Below, piece after piece: positions 8,952 through 18,627 of a DNA stretch of 32,000 nt. Made by a program: the position numbers and the translations under genes. Source of the DNA: Candidatus Dojkabacteria bacterium (GTDB lineage: Bacteria; Patescibacteriota; Dojkabacteria; JAHIVN01). How positions within the stretch are numbered: position 1 is the stretch's first letter; every line of letters starts with the position of its first letter. The notes under the pieces were generated by a model, which saw nothing but the letters and a program-made list of their open reading frames with translations, searched no databases and was not told where the DNA came from. The stretch covers positions 1 through 32,000 of the forward strand of contig JAFGDO010000023.1 in NCBI GenBank assembly GCA_016932045.1, written 5' to 3'.

Positions 8952-9608
8952 TTAAGCCATTAGTGGAACTTTTAGGCGTTGACTGATTTCTTCTATCTCC
9001 ATTAACTCTGCCACTTTTTCGCTTGCACGGAATTGACCGTTTGATCTGACAAGCCAAGTACCATCTTCGTGTTTTAGTATTTCTGATCCTATCATTTCAG
9101 TTAATCTTTCAGATATAGTTCCAGCTAGCTCGGTACTTATTTGTTCTAGTAAAGAAATAGCAAGCTCTTCTCTGATACCAGGCACAACTGTGATTTTAGC
9201 TATCTCATCGCCGTCCAACACACCTGCAATGCTAACCTCGACGGTTTGCTCTTCCTCGGAACCAGGTCCTGGATATTGAAATGCGGCTACTCCAGTGCAT
9301 ATGATGGCGTCAGTGCGAGCAGTTTCGCCTGTAGGAATACCCTCTCCTGGATATTCTGGTTCTGTCTGGATTTTTGCGGCTTCAAGTCTATCAAAGTAAA
9401 CTCGAGTTAATTCTACTCTTTTAAACTTATTCCCTTTTGGGAGCTCAAATGGAGTTTCAAAAGTATGAGGGCTTGCCTGACTAAAAGCACCCTCAGCTAA
9501 AACACCTGTATCTTGGGCGAGTCTTTTCATTCGTAAGAGGTCAATAAACCCGGGTTTAAGTTGTTCGGTGAGAATCGAAGTGGTTTCAGCTCCTGCAATC
9601 TGGGTCAT
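8952..9608 (-). CDS. Hypothetical protein
   Basis: Long ORF with flank-like GC content. The ATG at 9608 (MTQIAGAE) is preferred to the upstream start at 9689. No family recognised. Confidence 0.55.
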   Translation of the reverse strand: MTQIAGAETTSILTEQLKPGFIDLLRMKRLAQDTGVLAEGAFSQASPHTFETPFELPKGNKFKRVELTRVYFDRLEAAKIQTEPEYPGEGIPTGETARTDAIICTGVAAFQYPGPGSEEEQTVEVSIAGVLDGDEIAKITVVPGIREELAISLLEQISTELAGTISERLTEMIGSEILKHEDGTWLVRSNGQFRASEKVAELMEIEEISQRLKVPLMA

Positions 9609-9745
9609 GTTTTTCAAGCTTAAATTAGTGGTTAAAAAGATATTAACAAGATTTTTTCTACTTATCAAACAATGCACTTGGGATTGCATAGACAGCCAAT
9701 AGATTTTATTGTACGATAATTTGTGGGCTTAATTGAGATATTTCT

Positions 9746-10432
9746 ATGAAGCTAAAATCCTTATTAAAAAAAGAGAAGAGATTTTTGTTGTTTTTCCTTA
9801 TTTTTATTCCTTGTGTAGCATTATTTATTAGCGGGGTGTTTTTATCTGTTACAAAAAGACCAATAGCTGAACCTGATAATGTTATACCGAAATTTAGTGT
9901 TGAAGAATTGCCAACAACAGGAGAGGGTGAAATCGTTGAGGAGGAATTAGGAAATTCAACGTTACTAACATACACTAACGGTAAGTATGGATATTCTTTT
10001 GACTATCCTTCGGATATAAAAGTTATGGACTTGACCCTTAAGGGCTGCAAAGGATTAAGTTGTGTAAAAATTCCTCAAGCTAGAAAGGACTTTGCTTCTC
10101 TGGAAGACTTAAATATCTCAACTTTTTACTCAAGTTCCATTCTCGATTTTGCTTATGATGAGGGCTTAGACAGATCACTTTATAAAGAGCCAAGGCAAAC
10201 AACTATTGGAGACAAAACATATTACTACATCATTTCCAATGAGGGGTTTGTAGAGATGATTACTTCTGACTTTAGGTACCAGGGAGAAATACTTTGGGTG
10301 AAAACTGATCAAAGAGTTGATGGTGCTAATGGTGCTTACTATATTGCCTTTGATCCAGGTATCTCAATAAATGCTATTCCTGAAGAAGATATTGAAGAAA
10401 TAGATAAAGTATTGAAATCCTTTAGATTTTAA
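9746..10432 (+). CDS. Hypothetical membrane-anchored or secreted protein
   Basis: 228-aa ORF with an N-terminal hydrophobic anchor (FLLFFLIFIPCVALFISGVFL). No family recognised. Confidence 0.6.
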   Translation: MKLKSLLKKEKRFLLFFLIFIPCVALFISGVFLSVTKRPIAEPDNVIPKFSVEELPTTGEGEIVEEELGNSTLLTYTNGKYGYSFDYPSDIKVMDLTLKGCKGLSCVKIPQARKDFASLEDLNISTFYSSSILDFAYDEGLDRSLYKEPRQTTIGDKTYYYIISNEGFVEMITSDFRYQGEILWVKTDQRVDGANGAYYIAFDPGISINAIPEEDIEEIDKVLKSFRF

Positions 10433-10456
10433 TTGTCACACTTTTTTATTTTAATT

Positions 10457-11284
10457 ATGCGTAAAACATTAGGAATTTTATTAATTCTTCTTATCGGCTC
10501 ATTAGTCTTTTTTGAGCTTTATAGATATTCCCTTATAGAGATTATTGGTGATGTTGATATAAAAGAATTAAAAGATGTGTCTTTTAATCAAGACGGTAAA
10601 AGCGAAAGACCATTTATCGGGGAAGAAGCGTTTAAGGATACATTTACTGTTGTTATCGGTGATGTTTCCGAGGAAGAAGATCCTGATGATATTTTAGGTG
10701 AAGAAACACCAGTCGAGCTTCCCTACAAAAAGGGATTAATTGAAATGCCCTTATACCGTGGAGATTATTATTATGGTAAACACATCAATGCAACAGCAGC
10801 AACAAAAGAACTAAATCAAAAAATGCCTATTCTTGAACCCGGAAGTAGGGTTGCAGTTATCGGAAACGGATATTTGACTATGAGTAAGGGGTGGGGCTAT
10901 GTCAGCCCCGGTGCTGAGTTTATGTATGCGTCAGGAGTGTGTTGGACTACCAGTGCTCTTGGAACTACGATGGATGAGGTCAACAAAGAATTCATGTATA
11001 AATATGATATGCCGCTATTTGTTTTTTATGCCGGTGATAGATACCCTCATCCTGTTGCTTATAGTACATATCGGAACAGCAACTATGGATTTGGTTATAC
11101 TGTAGTTAGAGCCTATGGAAGAGGAAGTCCTGATTTCAAATTTACTGTAAATCCAAACATAAAGACGAATCCAAAATTCCTGAATTTAAAAATTAAGATA
11201 GTAATGGTATCCTCAACTGACCATCCCAAAGCCTTTCTTGGACAGTCAATCGGCGGATATATAGAATCAAATATTGACTTTTAA
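10457..11284 (+). CDS. Hypothetical membrane-anchored protein, possibly VanW-like
   Basis: ATG at 10457 (MRKTLGILLILLIGSLVFF anchor). The segment ASGVCWTTSALG...RYPHP loosely resembles the VanW-domain GxC...H pattern. This is a weak call. Confidence 0.5.
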   Translation: MRKTLGILLILLIGSLVFFELYRYSLIEIIGDVDIKELKDVSFNQDGKSERPFIGEEAFKDTFTVVIGDVSEEEDPDDILGEETPVELPYKKGLIEMPLYRGDYYYGKHINATAATKELNQKMPILEPGSRVAVIGNGYLTMSKGWGYVSPGAEFMYASGVCWTTSALGTTMDEVNKEFMYKYDMPLFVFYAGDRYPHPVAYSTYRNSNYGFGYTVVRAYGRGSPDFKFTVNPNIKTNPKFLNLKIKIVMVSSTDHPKAFLGQSIGGYIESNIDF

Positions 11285-11435
11285 TGTCAGAACTTTCTTT
11301 TGAATCAAGATAGCTATCTTGAACGCTATCAATACCACATCCTGATAGAGACGTTCAGTAAATTAGAATTGCCTTATTGCATTACATTAGGTAATCTCTT
11401 AATATATACCAGATAGTTATGGTATCAAACTGCTC

Positions 11436-12125
11436 ATGAGTATGGATCTAAATTCCGAAGAGGAAACAAGGTTAAGACGGAATATAAAACTAGTTCCCAG
11501 GTATAAGAATATAGTATTGGTCGCTGCTTCCCTTGTTGTCTTGATCTCAGTATTTACACTATTTAATAATCAGGAACATCAAGCATCTGTTCAATCGGTA
11601 CAAACATCACAAAGTATTGATGTAGAGATAAAGGCAGCCATCGCTCAATATAACTTTTCGCGTTCTGAGCTTGAAACTGTAGCAAAAATTAAAGCCTTTG
11701 GAGAGGAGAGTATTCCTGTTTTGACGGAGCTTATACATGCCGAGGAAAAAAAGACACGGTACATTGCCTATATTTCCCTTTCGGGGCTTACCCTACAGGG
11801 AGTAGGAGATTATACCGAGATGGTGACTCTTCTAAAGGATGGGCTGGACGACCCTGATCTATCGATTAGGGTGCAAGTGGCACAGCTTCTTTTTAATTTC
11901 CAAGAAAAAGAAGGGATACCAGTTCTAATTGAGGCTTTAGATTCAGATGAAGTAATGACTCCTTCAAGTCCTCCAATGAAAGTATCTGATTATGCTTACA
12001 TTATTTTAACTAATCATATAGACCAGGATTTTGGAGTAGAAAGTGAGGATTGGTTAGCTTGGTGGGAAGGCAGTGGCGATGATGCAAAGTGGGATGAAAC
12101 GAATGAGAGATTTGTAAGTGAATAA
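11436..12125 (+). CDS. Membrane-anchored HEAT/PBS-lyase-like repeat protein
   Basis: N-terminal anchor (IVLVAASLVVLISVF), then repeats of the type IPVLTELIHAEEKKTRYIAYISL, DPDLSIRVQVAQLL and GIPVLIEALDSD. Confidence 0.6.
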   Translation: MSMDLNSEEETRLRRNIKLVPRYKNIVLVAASLVVLISVFTLFNNQEHQASVQSVQTSQSIDVEIKAAIAQYNFSRSELETVAKIKAFGEESIPVLTELIHAEEKKTRYIAYISLSGLTLQGVGDYTEMVTLLKDGLDDPDLSIRVQVAQLLFNFQEKEGIPVLIEALDSDEVMTPSSPPMKVSDYAYIILTNHIDQDFGVESEDWLAWWEGSGDDAKWDETNERFVSE

Positions 12126-12146
12126 ATTTCATTTTATAGAATTCAT

Positions 12147-13889
12147 ATGCGAGATATAGGTATAAAGATTTTTACAACTTTTCTGTTTATATCTCTAGGG
12201 TTAATTCTGGTGATGGGGGAAGTGTATTCGCAGGTTGGGTGTGTAAGGGAGGGGTGTAGTATATCAATAAATTTGAATATTGCTTTTGTTGGCTTACGAG
12301 ATGAAGATATGGAAAACTTTAAAAACGAAATAGAATCAATTTGGGGAGAGGCAGTAAGTGGCAGATTTGAGTGTGATGTAGATTTCGTTGTGAGCTATGA
12401 GTCTTCAGAGAAATGCCCCCTTCTTGCTAACGAAAACTCTTATTGTATTGAACTCAGCAAGAATCTTATAAAAGATGAGAATGGAAAGGAATATGTTGTA
12501 TACGTAAACCGTTCCGATGGTCGTAACCCTTCGGTTAGGGTTTGGGGAGGGGCATATACTAGATTGGGAAGAGTCAATGGGCTAGAGGAGCAAGGTTATA
12601 AGGGGTATATCGCATATAGTGTTGGTCGTATGATGGGACTGGAGACTGACTATGATATTAAGAATGGGCATTATAACGAGACAGTCATGGGGTATTCTGA
12701 AGGGGTAGATAAGAAACCAAGCCAGGAACAGATTGATCAGATAGTAGATGCAAGCTGCAATGGAGATAATGGTACTTGTCCTTCAACTTGTGCTTGCGGA
12801 AGAAATGCGCTGATTGATACTGATATCGATCCTTCTGAAGAATGTGACTTAAGTGCAGATCCTGTGGGTTGCGAGGAAGGCTTTGAGTGTGATGATAAGT
12901 GTAAATGTGTAAGTATTGAAGAGATTATTAGTGTGGATGATATAAATCCCGAAGCAACCTCTATAGACACTTCTAGTTGGGGACAGCAGAGTGGAATAAA
13001 TGCTCAAGAGAATATTCCAGCATTAGATAGACTTTCGTCAGGTTATGTGATTCGTGGACGTACCTTTGAGATACGGGGGAGAGCGGAGCAATATTCAAAG
13101 ATTGAAGTTTATGTGGATTCATATAAGGTGGGTGAGACAAGTGTAAGTAGTGAAGGCTGTAGCGGGTCGACAAAAGCATATGGGAGTACTTACTATCAGA
13201 TTTGTGATTGGAATTATAATTTAACCATTGGTGCGGTCGAAACATCTTATAACATTCGGACAAAAGTGGTTGATCGTGCAGGAAACAAGAGTCAGGTCTC
13301 AACCGATACTGTTGTAAATTATGACAAAACTCCTCCACATATCCCTTATATCAAGTCCGCTGGTGATTATTGGAATGAAGATGGTCTCGGAAATATTACA
13401 AATTTATCAAATATAAAACTGTTAAGTGAGATTGAAAAAAACAGTGACTTTGAAGTTTGGTTCAAGGATCCTTTAGGCAGTACAGACTATACTTTATTTC
13501 AAAATTATGCAGGAATAAACTGGAGCCAGGATAAAGCTGTACTTTCTGATGGATGGTATGAGGTCCAGATGAAGTCTACTGATGCTGCTGGAAATGGTTC
13601 TCAATTATCAATACTTAGACTCGAGAGGGATACTGTTGCGCCAAATAATCCTGAAGCAGGTAAGCCCTACAAGTGCAACGAGAATTCTATATGTATAGAT
13701 ATAAGCGGTGAGGATAATTCAAAGGTATATGTTAACGATGTTTATATTGGAAAAGCGTCTTCATCGGGAGGAACTTTCAAAGTTCTGGAAGGATATGAGA
13801 GAAGAACTAGGTACTATTTTAGTATTTTTCTGGAGGATAGAGCTAGAAATAGATCGGGAACTGTCTTTAGGAATATCCGTATTAAGTAA
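12147..13889 (+). CDS. Large secreted protein with a Cys-rich linker and Ig-like C-terminal domains
   Basis: Signal or anchor peptide. Cys-rich stretch CNGDNGTCPSTCACGRNALIDTDIDPSEECDLSADPVGCEEGFECDDKCKC. Domain-boundary motifs DKTPPHIP and DTVAPNNP, plus VVDRAGNKS, STDAAGNGS and EDRARNRS, are typical of bacterial Ig-like surface domains. Confidence 0.65.
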   Translation: MRDIGIKIFTTFLFISLGLILVMGEVYSQVGCVREGCSISINLNIAFVGLRDEDMENFKNEIESIWGEAVSGRFECDVDFVVSYESSEKCPLLANENSYCIELSKNLIKDENGKEYVVYVNRSDGRNPSVRVWGGAYTRLGRVNGLEEQGYKGYIAYSVGRMMGLETDYDIKNGHYNETVMGYSEGVDKKPSQEQIDQIVDASCNGDNGTCPSTCACGRNALIDTDIDPSEECDLSADPVGCEEGFECDDKCKCVSIEEIISVDDINPEATSIDTSSWGQQSGINAQENIPALDRLSSGYVIRGRTFEIRGRAEQYSKIEVYVDSYKVGETSVSSEGCSGSTKAYGSTYYQICDWNYNLTIGAVETSYNIRTKVVDRAGNKSQVSTDTVVNYDKTPPHIPYIKSAGDYWNEDGLGNITNLSNIKLLSEIEKNSDFEVWFKDPLGSTDYTLFQNYAGINWSQDKAVLSDGWYEVQMKSTDAAGNGSQLSILRLERDTVAPNNPEAGKPYKCNENSICIDISGEDNSKVYVNDVYIGKASSSGGTFKVLEGYERRTRYYFSIFLEDRARNRSGTVFRNIRIK

Positions 13890-13918
13890 AGGAAAGTCTG
13901 GGTAGATTTTTGCAATAA

Positions 13919-14626
13919 TTAACCCTTATTAAATATTATTTCAACATCGATAAATACTACTCTCCCATTGATTAGAAAGTGATGCCTTGAGTGTCTTACC
14001 TCGTCCTCTATCTTAAAACCCGGATATCCCTCTTGTTCTGCGTATCGATGAATATATCTCCTAACCCGAATCTGATCAACTCTTGAGGTTAGCGGGGTTA
14101 ATCTGGCAGGTCTTTGTCCATACTCTTGGAACATTATTCCATAATGTGCATCTCCACAAATGGATACTGGCAGTATCATGTAAGTCCTCAGATCAGAATA
14201 GAAGGCCCTGCGTTTTCCCAACATTTCTTTTGCCATGTATATCTTTGGATCTGTCGGGACTTGGACTCCAAGGCTACCATCATATCCTGCAAGATGTACT
14301 ACTACCTTTCCGTTTCGAGTAGAAAGCAGAAAGGAGAGTTTGGATTCTCCTCCTCCTATATATTCTAGAGTTCCAATACGTGGGATTTGTTCCTGAAATG
14401 AAAATAGATCTCTATCGATTTCACGGAATCTTTCTACTAATCCCAGTGATAATATTTTATCCGTAACAGCTTCAATAACATCTACGGTTAATTCTTGTGA
14501 GTAAAGGGTATCTTTTTGATCATAGTTGGGTTCAAGACCTTGAAAAGCAGGACTTGCAAGAGCTTGATCAAGATCAGCTCTTGTATAAGCCTTTTTGACT
14601 TCCTCTGTTGCTGGTACTTCGCTCAT
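13919..14626 (-). CDS. Hypothetical protein; last core-like gene before the island
   Basis: 235-aa ORF. GC content resembles the flanks (hand count 43% for 14041-14100). No family recognised. Confidence 0.6.
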   Translation of the reverse strand: MSEVPATEEVKKAYTRADLDQALASPAFQGLEPNYDQKDTLYSQELTVDVIEAVTDKILSLGLVERFREIDRDLFSFQEQIPRIGTLEYIGGGESKLSFLLSTRNGKVVVHLAGYDGSLGVQVPTDPKIYMAKEMLGKRRAFYSDLRTYMILPVSICGDAHYGIMFQEYGQRPARLTPLTSRVDQIRVRRYIHRYAEQEGYPGFKIEDEVRHSRHHFLINGRVVFIDVEIIFNKG

Positions 14627-14689
14627 TTGAGAATTATGATAAGAAATTAATGATATTATAATACAAGTGGTAGATTTCGGCGAAGTTAG

Positions 14690-14943
14690 ATTAGGAGTGG
14701 AAGTGACTCCACCATGCCTACATATCGCTTTTCGAAATTTCGGGAGGCAGGCCGTGAATCCATGCCTACGCTAAAGCTTCGGCAGGCAGGCGAACCTTCT
14801 TTCAGAGTTTATTCCAGAACGATCAACAAATGACACTTCGACAAGCTCAGTGTCACTTCTCCTCTTTGTATTACACATAATTCTTTTATTAAGAATATGC
14901 TTGCACTGAGCGAGTTCGAAACGTAGTGAAGAACGAGTCGAAG
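14690..14943. repeat. GC-rich repeat cluster in the core/island junction
   Basis: CCATGCCTAC occurs twice (14712-14721 and 14760-14769), each heading a degenerate unit of about 48 nt that ends in GGCAGGC. A TGACACT...AGTGTCA hairpin (14831-14857) encloses CTTCGACAAGCTCAG. Motif variants follow: CTGAGCGAGTTCGAA (14906-14920) and GAACGAGTCGAAG (14931-14943). Confidence 0.6.
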
Positions 14944-14999
14944 TGACCCCGAAGAACTGGTTATCGAACCAAATAATAAACGATTTATTGAAAATCTAT
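14943..14999 (-). pseudogene. Degenerate copy of the 3' part of tRNA-Glu (candidate displaced att remnant at the left island border)
   Basis: GTGACCCC[gaaga]ACTGG[tt]ATCGAACC (14943-14970) aligns with GTGACCCCACTGGGAATCGAACCC of the intact tRNA (28414-28437) in the same orientation. Weaker similarity continues into the anticodon stem-loop (GATT..TGAAAATCT versus GATTGAGAATCT). Confidence 0.45.
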
Positions 15000-15061
15000 A
15001 GATTTATAACTAATATTAAAACTTGTTATCCAACTTATGCTCTAAACCTATTCACACAATC

Positions 15062-16825
15062 CTAGGAGTTTCCTTTTTTATCAGATAGAAATAGATTCGG
15101 TATGTTAAAAATTTTTAGATAATCCTCATTATTCATTCTTTTTTCCTTCTTAGGATTACTTTGAAAACTTCCAAACCTATATAAGCTATGTCCTTTAACT
15201 GATGATTCCCATTCTAATACTTCATTCACAAATTCAAAAGCCTCCTTTCCCTGAGATGATCCTGCCCAAAAAGTTTCTAAATCCAGCAATGATAAAATTA
15301 TTGGCTTTTTGGTTTGTAAGGAATCAAGTTTTGTATCTATTATTTTTTCAGTTAAGTAATTGTTATATCTATTAAGCAAATCAAAATCTCCAAAGTAACG
15401 TTCTGTGACCAGAATAGGAATAACCTCAGTGGTTGGACTCTTTTTCTTGATTTCATTTACATATTTGTTTAATTTGCGTAATTTACCTCGGTTCTTGCTA
15501 AAAAGTAGATCAAATAAATCTTTTTCAAAACTTAAAATATCTGAATTATAAAGTGATTCCAGTTTATAATACTGAGTAGTAAATTCTAATACGAAAATAT
15601 ACTTCTTCCCATTAGCTTCTGCTTTTACTATTGCATCTTGCTGATTATTCTTATTTGATGTTATTTGTGCAGACTCATGAAAGATTTGTTTAATTAAGAA
15701 ATTAAAATATTTTTCAATTAAATTTCCATATACACCCATAAATTCCTGCATATTATCACTTAAATCAGTTCTATTTAATTCAAACAATTTATATTTCAAA
15801 CCTCCACAGATGTTTTCTATAAAGTAAGTTAAGTCCAAAATGCAAAAACAGTTCTTTTCAACTTCACATACTGGATTATCATATATATAAGGGAAGTATT
15901 TATAAATTTCATTGCTTATTTCAACTTTTGGTTTTCCTTTAAAAATTTTAATAAAGTCCTTAAAATTCTTACTCAATGATTCTAAGCTATTGTATACAAT
16001 TGGATTTTTTTTAAAATTCTCTTTTAATATGTAAAATGTTTTAGGATTTTCTGGTCTAAATCCAAAACCTAAGTCAGGTTTTAACTTTCTTGCGAATAAA
16101 AACCAACTTATAAGTAATTTAATTGTTTCCATGTATTCTATTATATTGATTCCTGTTAAATCTTTGAAAGTTTTTTCAATTTGTCCCCAAAAAATTTTAT
16201 CAGAATTATTTAACTCCTTAACTAAGTCCGAATATATCTTGTTGTATCTGAGATAGTTGTGTTTAAAATACCACTCAAGTGCTTCTGGGTTCATAAAATC
16301 TGGATTCCTAATTAAACCTCGTTCAATTTCAAAAATGCTTTTAGCTTGTGCGATACTTAATTTTGAATTGGCTAGTAAAAATATTTCGAGTAGTATCTTT
16401 TTATCTTCTGGATCAATATTTTTTTCTTTATCGTTATTTAGTCTTATTCTTTCAGCAATTACATAAAGTAAGGTGTCTCTCGGTATTACTAATCCTTGAT
16501 CCTGAAATTTTCTCTCTGTTTCTATATTTGGATAAAGCCGTTTGACATCATTCAATAGCATTTCTTGAGCTATCTGAAAGTTAGTAGTTTGCATCACCAT
16601 ATTCATATGAGCTGATGCACATACGCAGTCTAATGCTGATGTATGATTTAATAAGTTTTGAAATTTTTTCTCAGAGAAAGACCCAAAAATATCTTCGTAT
16701 CCTGTATATGTAACAATGTTCACAGCCGAATCATCTTTCAATCTATCGGTATCTAAACAACATTTTTTATACTTTTTCCCACTCCCACAGTGACATGGCA
16801 TGTTTCTGCCAAGTTTATTATTCAT
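15062..16825 (-). CDS. SEC-C motif protein (587 aa), otherwise unrecognised; fourth gene of the cargo operon
   Basis: N-terminal MPCHCGSGKKYKKCC is the SEC-C metal-binding motif. A possible PD-(D/E)xK-like pattern (GVYGNLIEKYF...QQDAIVKAE...IFVLEFTTQ) is a weak call. The gene starts 28 nt after the upstream gene. Confidence 0.7.
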   Translation of the reverse strand: MNNKLGRNMPCHCGSGKKYKKCCLDTDRLKDDSAVNIVTYTGYEDIFGSFSEKKFQNLLNHTSALDCVCASAHMNMVMQTTNFQIAQEMLLNDVKRLYPNIETERKFQDQGLVIPRDTLLYVIAERIRLNNDKEKNIDPEDKKILLEIFLLANSKLSIAQAKSIFEIERGLIRNPDFMNPEALEWYFKHNYLRYNKIYSDLVKELNNSDKIFWGQIEKTFKDLTGINIIEYMETIKLLISWFLFARKLKPDLGFGFRPENPKTFYILKENFKKNPIVYNSLESLSKNFKDFIKIFKGKPKVEISNEIYKYFPYIYDNPVCEVEKNCFCILDLTYFIENICGGLKYKLFELNRTDLSDNMQEFMGVYGNLIEKYFNFLIKQIFHESAQITSNKNNQQDAIVKAEANGKKYIFVLEFTTQYYKLESLYNSDILSFEKDLFDLLFSKNRGKLRKLNKYVNEIKKKSPTTEVIPILVTERYFGDFDLLNRYNNYLTEKIIDTKLDSLQTKKPIILSLLDLETFWAGSSQGKEAFEFVNEVLEWESSVKGHSLYRFGSFQSNPKKEKRMNNEDYLKIFNIPNLFLSDKKGNS

Positions 16826-16853
16826 ATTTTATAATTCCTTTTTTATAAAAATG

Positions 16854-17612
16854 TTATAAAACAAACTCCCCTTTCTCATCCCTAAAGCGTCTTTTCTCAC
16901 TTGATTTTATTAAATTCTTCCTCCTCCTTTTCTGCTTCTCCCAAATCTCGTTCATTTCCTCAACAGCTTTATTACTCTGAATATACTCTTGCCCTTCCTC
17001 ACTCGTTAAACAATATTTATCCCTATCTTTGGCAAAATCGAGGTCTTTTTTCTCCTCAATATTTCCGTAAGTATATACATCTATGTTTTTACACTTATTA
17101 CATTTTGTGTACACAGTCAATTCTCCTTTGATCTTTTTTGTTGACTTCTTAACATTTTCACTTCCACATTTTTTACATTTAGCTGGTTTTACTCTGTACT
17201 CTGTTCCATCATTATAAAAAGCTCTACAGCTATTACAGTCTGGACAGCTATACATAAAAAATACATATTCATGCCCATATCTTTCTCTCAAGCTTTTATC
17301 AAAACATTTCATGATTTTGTTACAGCAAAGGCAGTGAATGTTTTTAAGTTGCTCTGAGTTTTCAAGTAGCTCATCCTTCCTTCTGTCTTCACTTATCCAA
17401 GCTTGAATTTGTTTATCCTTCTTCGCATATTCTTCCCCTTTCCAAAAGTACATACATAAATCGTGGATAGCTTTTCGTGCCTTAAACAGTTTTAGAGGCT
17501 CATTTTTCCTACGCTTTAAATCCTTGTCCATCAATCTTCCAATCGTAACAGTATGCCTGTCGTATAGGTCGCTGTAGTAGATGTGATCTTTTTCGTGCTT
17601 GTAATAATTCAT
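16854..17612 (-). CDS. Double zinc-ribbon protein (252 aa), unrecognised; third gene of the cargo operon
   Basis: Four Cys pairs (CLCC, CPDC, CKKC, CNKC) spaced as two zinc ribbons, with a basic C-terminal tail (KQKRRRKNLIKSSEKRRFR). Confidence 0.65.
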   Translation of the reverse strand: MNYYKHEKDHIYYSDLYDRHTVTIGRLMDKDLKRRKNEPLKLFKARKAIHDLCMYFWKGEEYAKKDKQIQAWISEDRRKDELLENSEQLKNIHCLCCNKIMKCFDKSLRERYGHEYVFFMYSCPDCNSCRAFYNDGTEYRVKPAKCKKCGSENVKKSTKKIKGELTVYTKCNKCKNIDVYTYGNIEEKKDLDFAKDRDKYCLTSEEGQEYIQSNKAVEEMNEIWEKQKRRRKNLIKSSEKRRFRDEKGEFVL

Positions 17613-17655
17613 TGGTTTCTTGGTTCGCTTTTAATTTATTCTTAGACCTCGCTTT

Positions 17656-18627
17656 TTATATATCTTTACTGATAATATCAAGCAGTTCGTTAAAACCTAT
17701 TTCTTCCCTTTCTAGTTTTCTTAGATAATTATCGCAATCAGCGGGACTTAATAGCCCTCTTATTCCTATCTGGGTTTCAAAGTTCAATTCCTTTCCAATT
17801 CTAGTCAATGCTTCATTTAATTTATCAATGATATATTCCCTTAAAATAGCTTTAGTTCCGTGAAATTTTACATATCTATATAAATAATAATATTCTGTCA
17901 TGCGATTCTTGTACATACTTCTTGCAGTCCAACCTAAACCTCTTGTCAATTTGGCAACTTTTGTGTCATAAATCTTTCTGAAAGCTTCATAATCGAAAAA
18001 AGTTTGCTTAATTGAGTCTAATCCTTCTTTAAACACAAATTCAGGAGAGGTAGTATGCTTCCCTATCCAATTTAATTCATTAAGAATTTTAACAATTTTC
18101 CTTTTACCCCCCAGTAATCTTGGGAAAGGAAATTTCACTATTCTATCTTTTGGAAAAGATATATACCTCTTTTCTATTTTATAACTTGTTCTTACCTCAG
18201 AAGGGATTATCTGAAAGCATTTACCGAAAATATTCTTTAACGAGTAGTTCGGAATATCTATTAAGCAAAATCCATTAGGTTTATCTTTATCTTTTGAGGG
18301 ATAATAGTAAACTATTTCGTAATAAACATCTCCATAATAGACTAACAGTTTGGTGCATCTCTCTACAAAATCACAGACAACATTACATAAGCTTTGAGGA
18401 TATTCTTTATCTGTTAACCCATAAGTTAAAAGAGACTCAACTTCTTTTGAAGAAAAAGTTAATTCCACTTTAAATTTTTTATTTTCGGTTCTACCTCCTA
18501 TTGGCATTATTCCTAAGCCAAAGTCATCAATAAGCATAAATGCGTAAGATTGAAAGTCCTTCGCTTTCTTGTTTTGATAATAAATTGCTTGTTGTGAATT
18601 GTATTTCGAATCACTTCTTTTAGGCAT
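17656..18627 (-). CDS. Hypothetical protein (323 aa); second gene of the cargo operon
   Basis: Long ORF whose start overlaps the stop of the upstream 825-aa gene by 8 nt (18620-18627). No family recognised. Confidence 0.65.
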   Translation of the reverse strand: MPKRSDSKYNSQQAIYYQNKKAKDFQSYAFMLIDDFGLGIMPIGGRTENKKFKVELTFSSKEVESLLTYGLTDKEYPQSLCNVVCDFVERCTKLLVYYGDVYYEIVYYYPSKDKDKPNGFCLIDIPNYSLKNIFGKCFQIIPSEVRTSYKIEKRYISFPKDRIVKFPFPRLLGGKRKIVKILNELNWIGKHTTSPEFVFKEGLDSIKQTFFDYEAFRKIYDTKVAKLTRGLGWTARSMYKNRMTEYYYLYRYVKFHGTKAILREYIIDKLNEALTRIGKELNFETQIGIRGLLSPADCDNYLRKLEREEIGFNELLDIISKDI

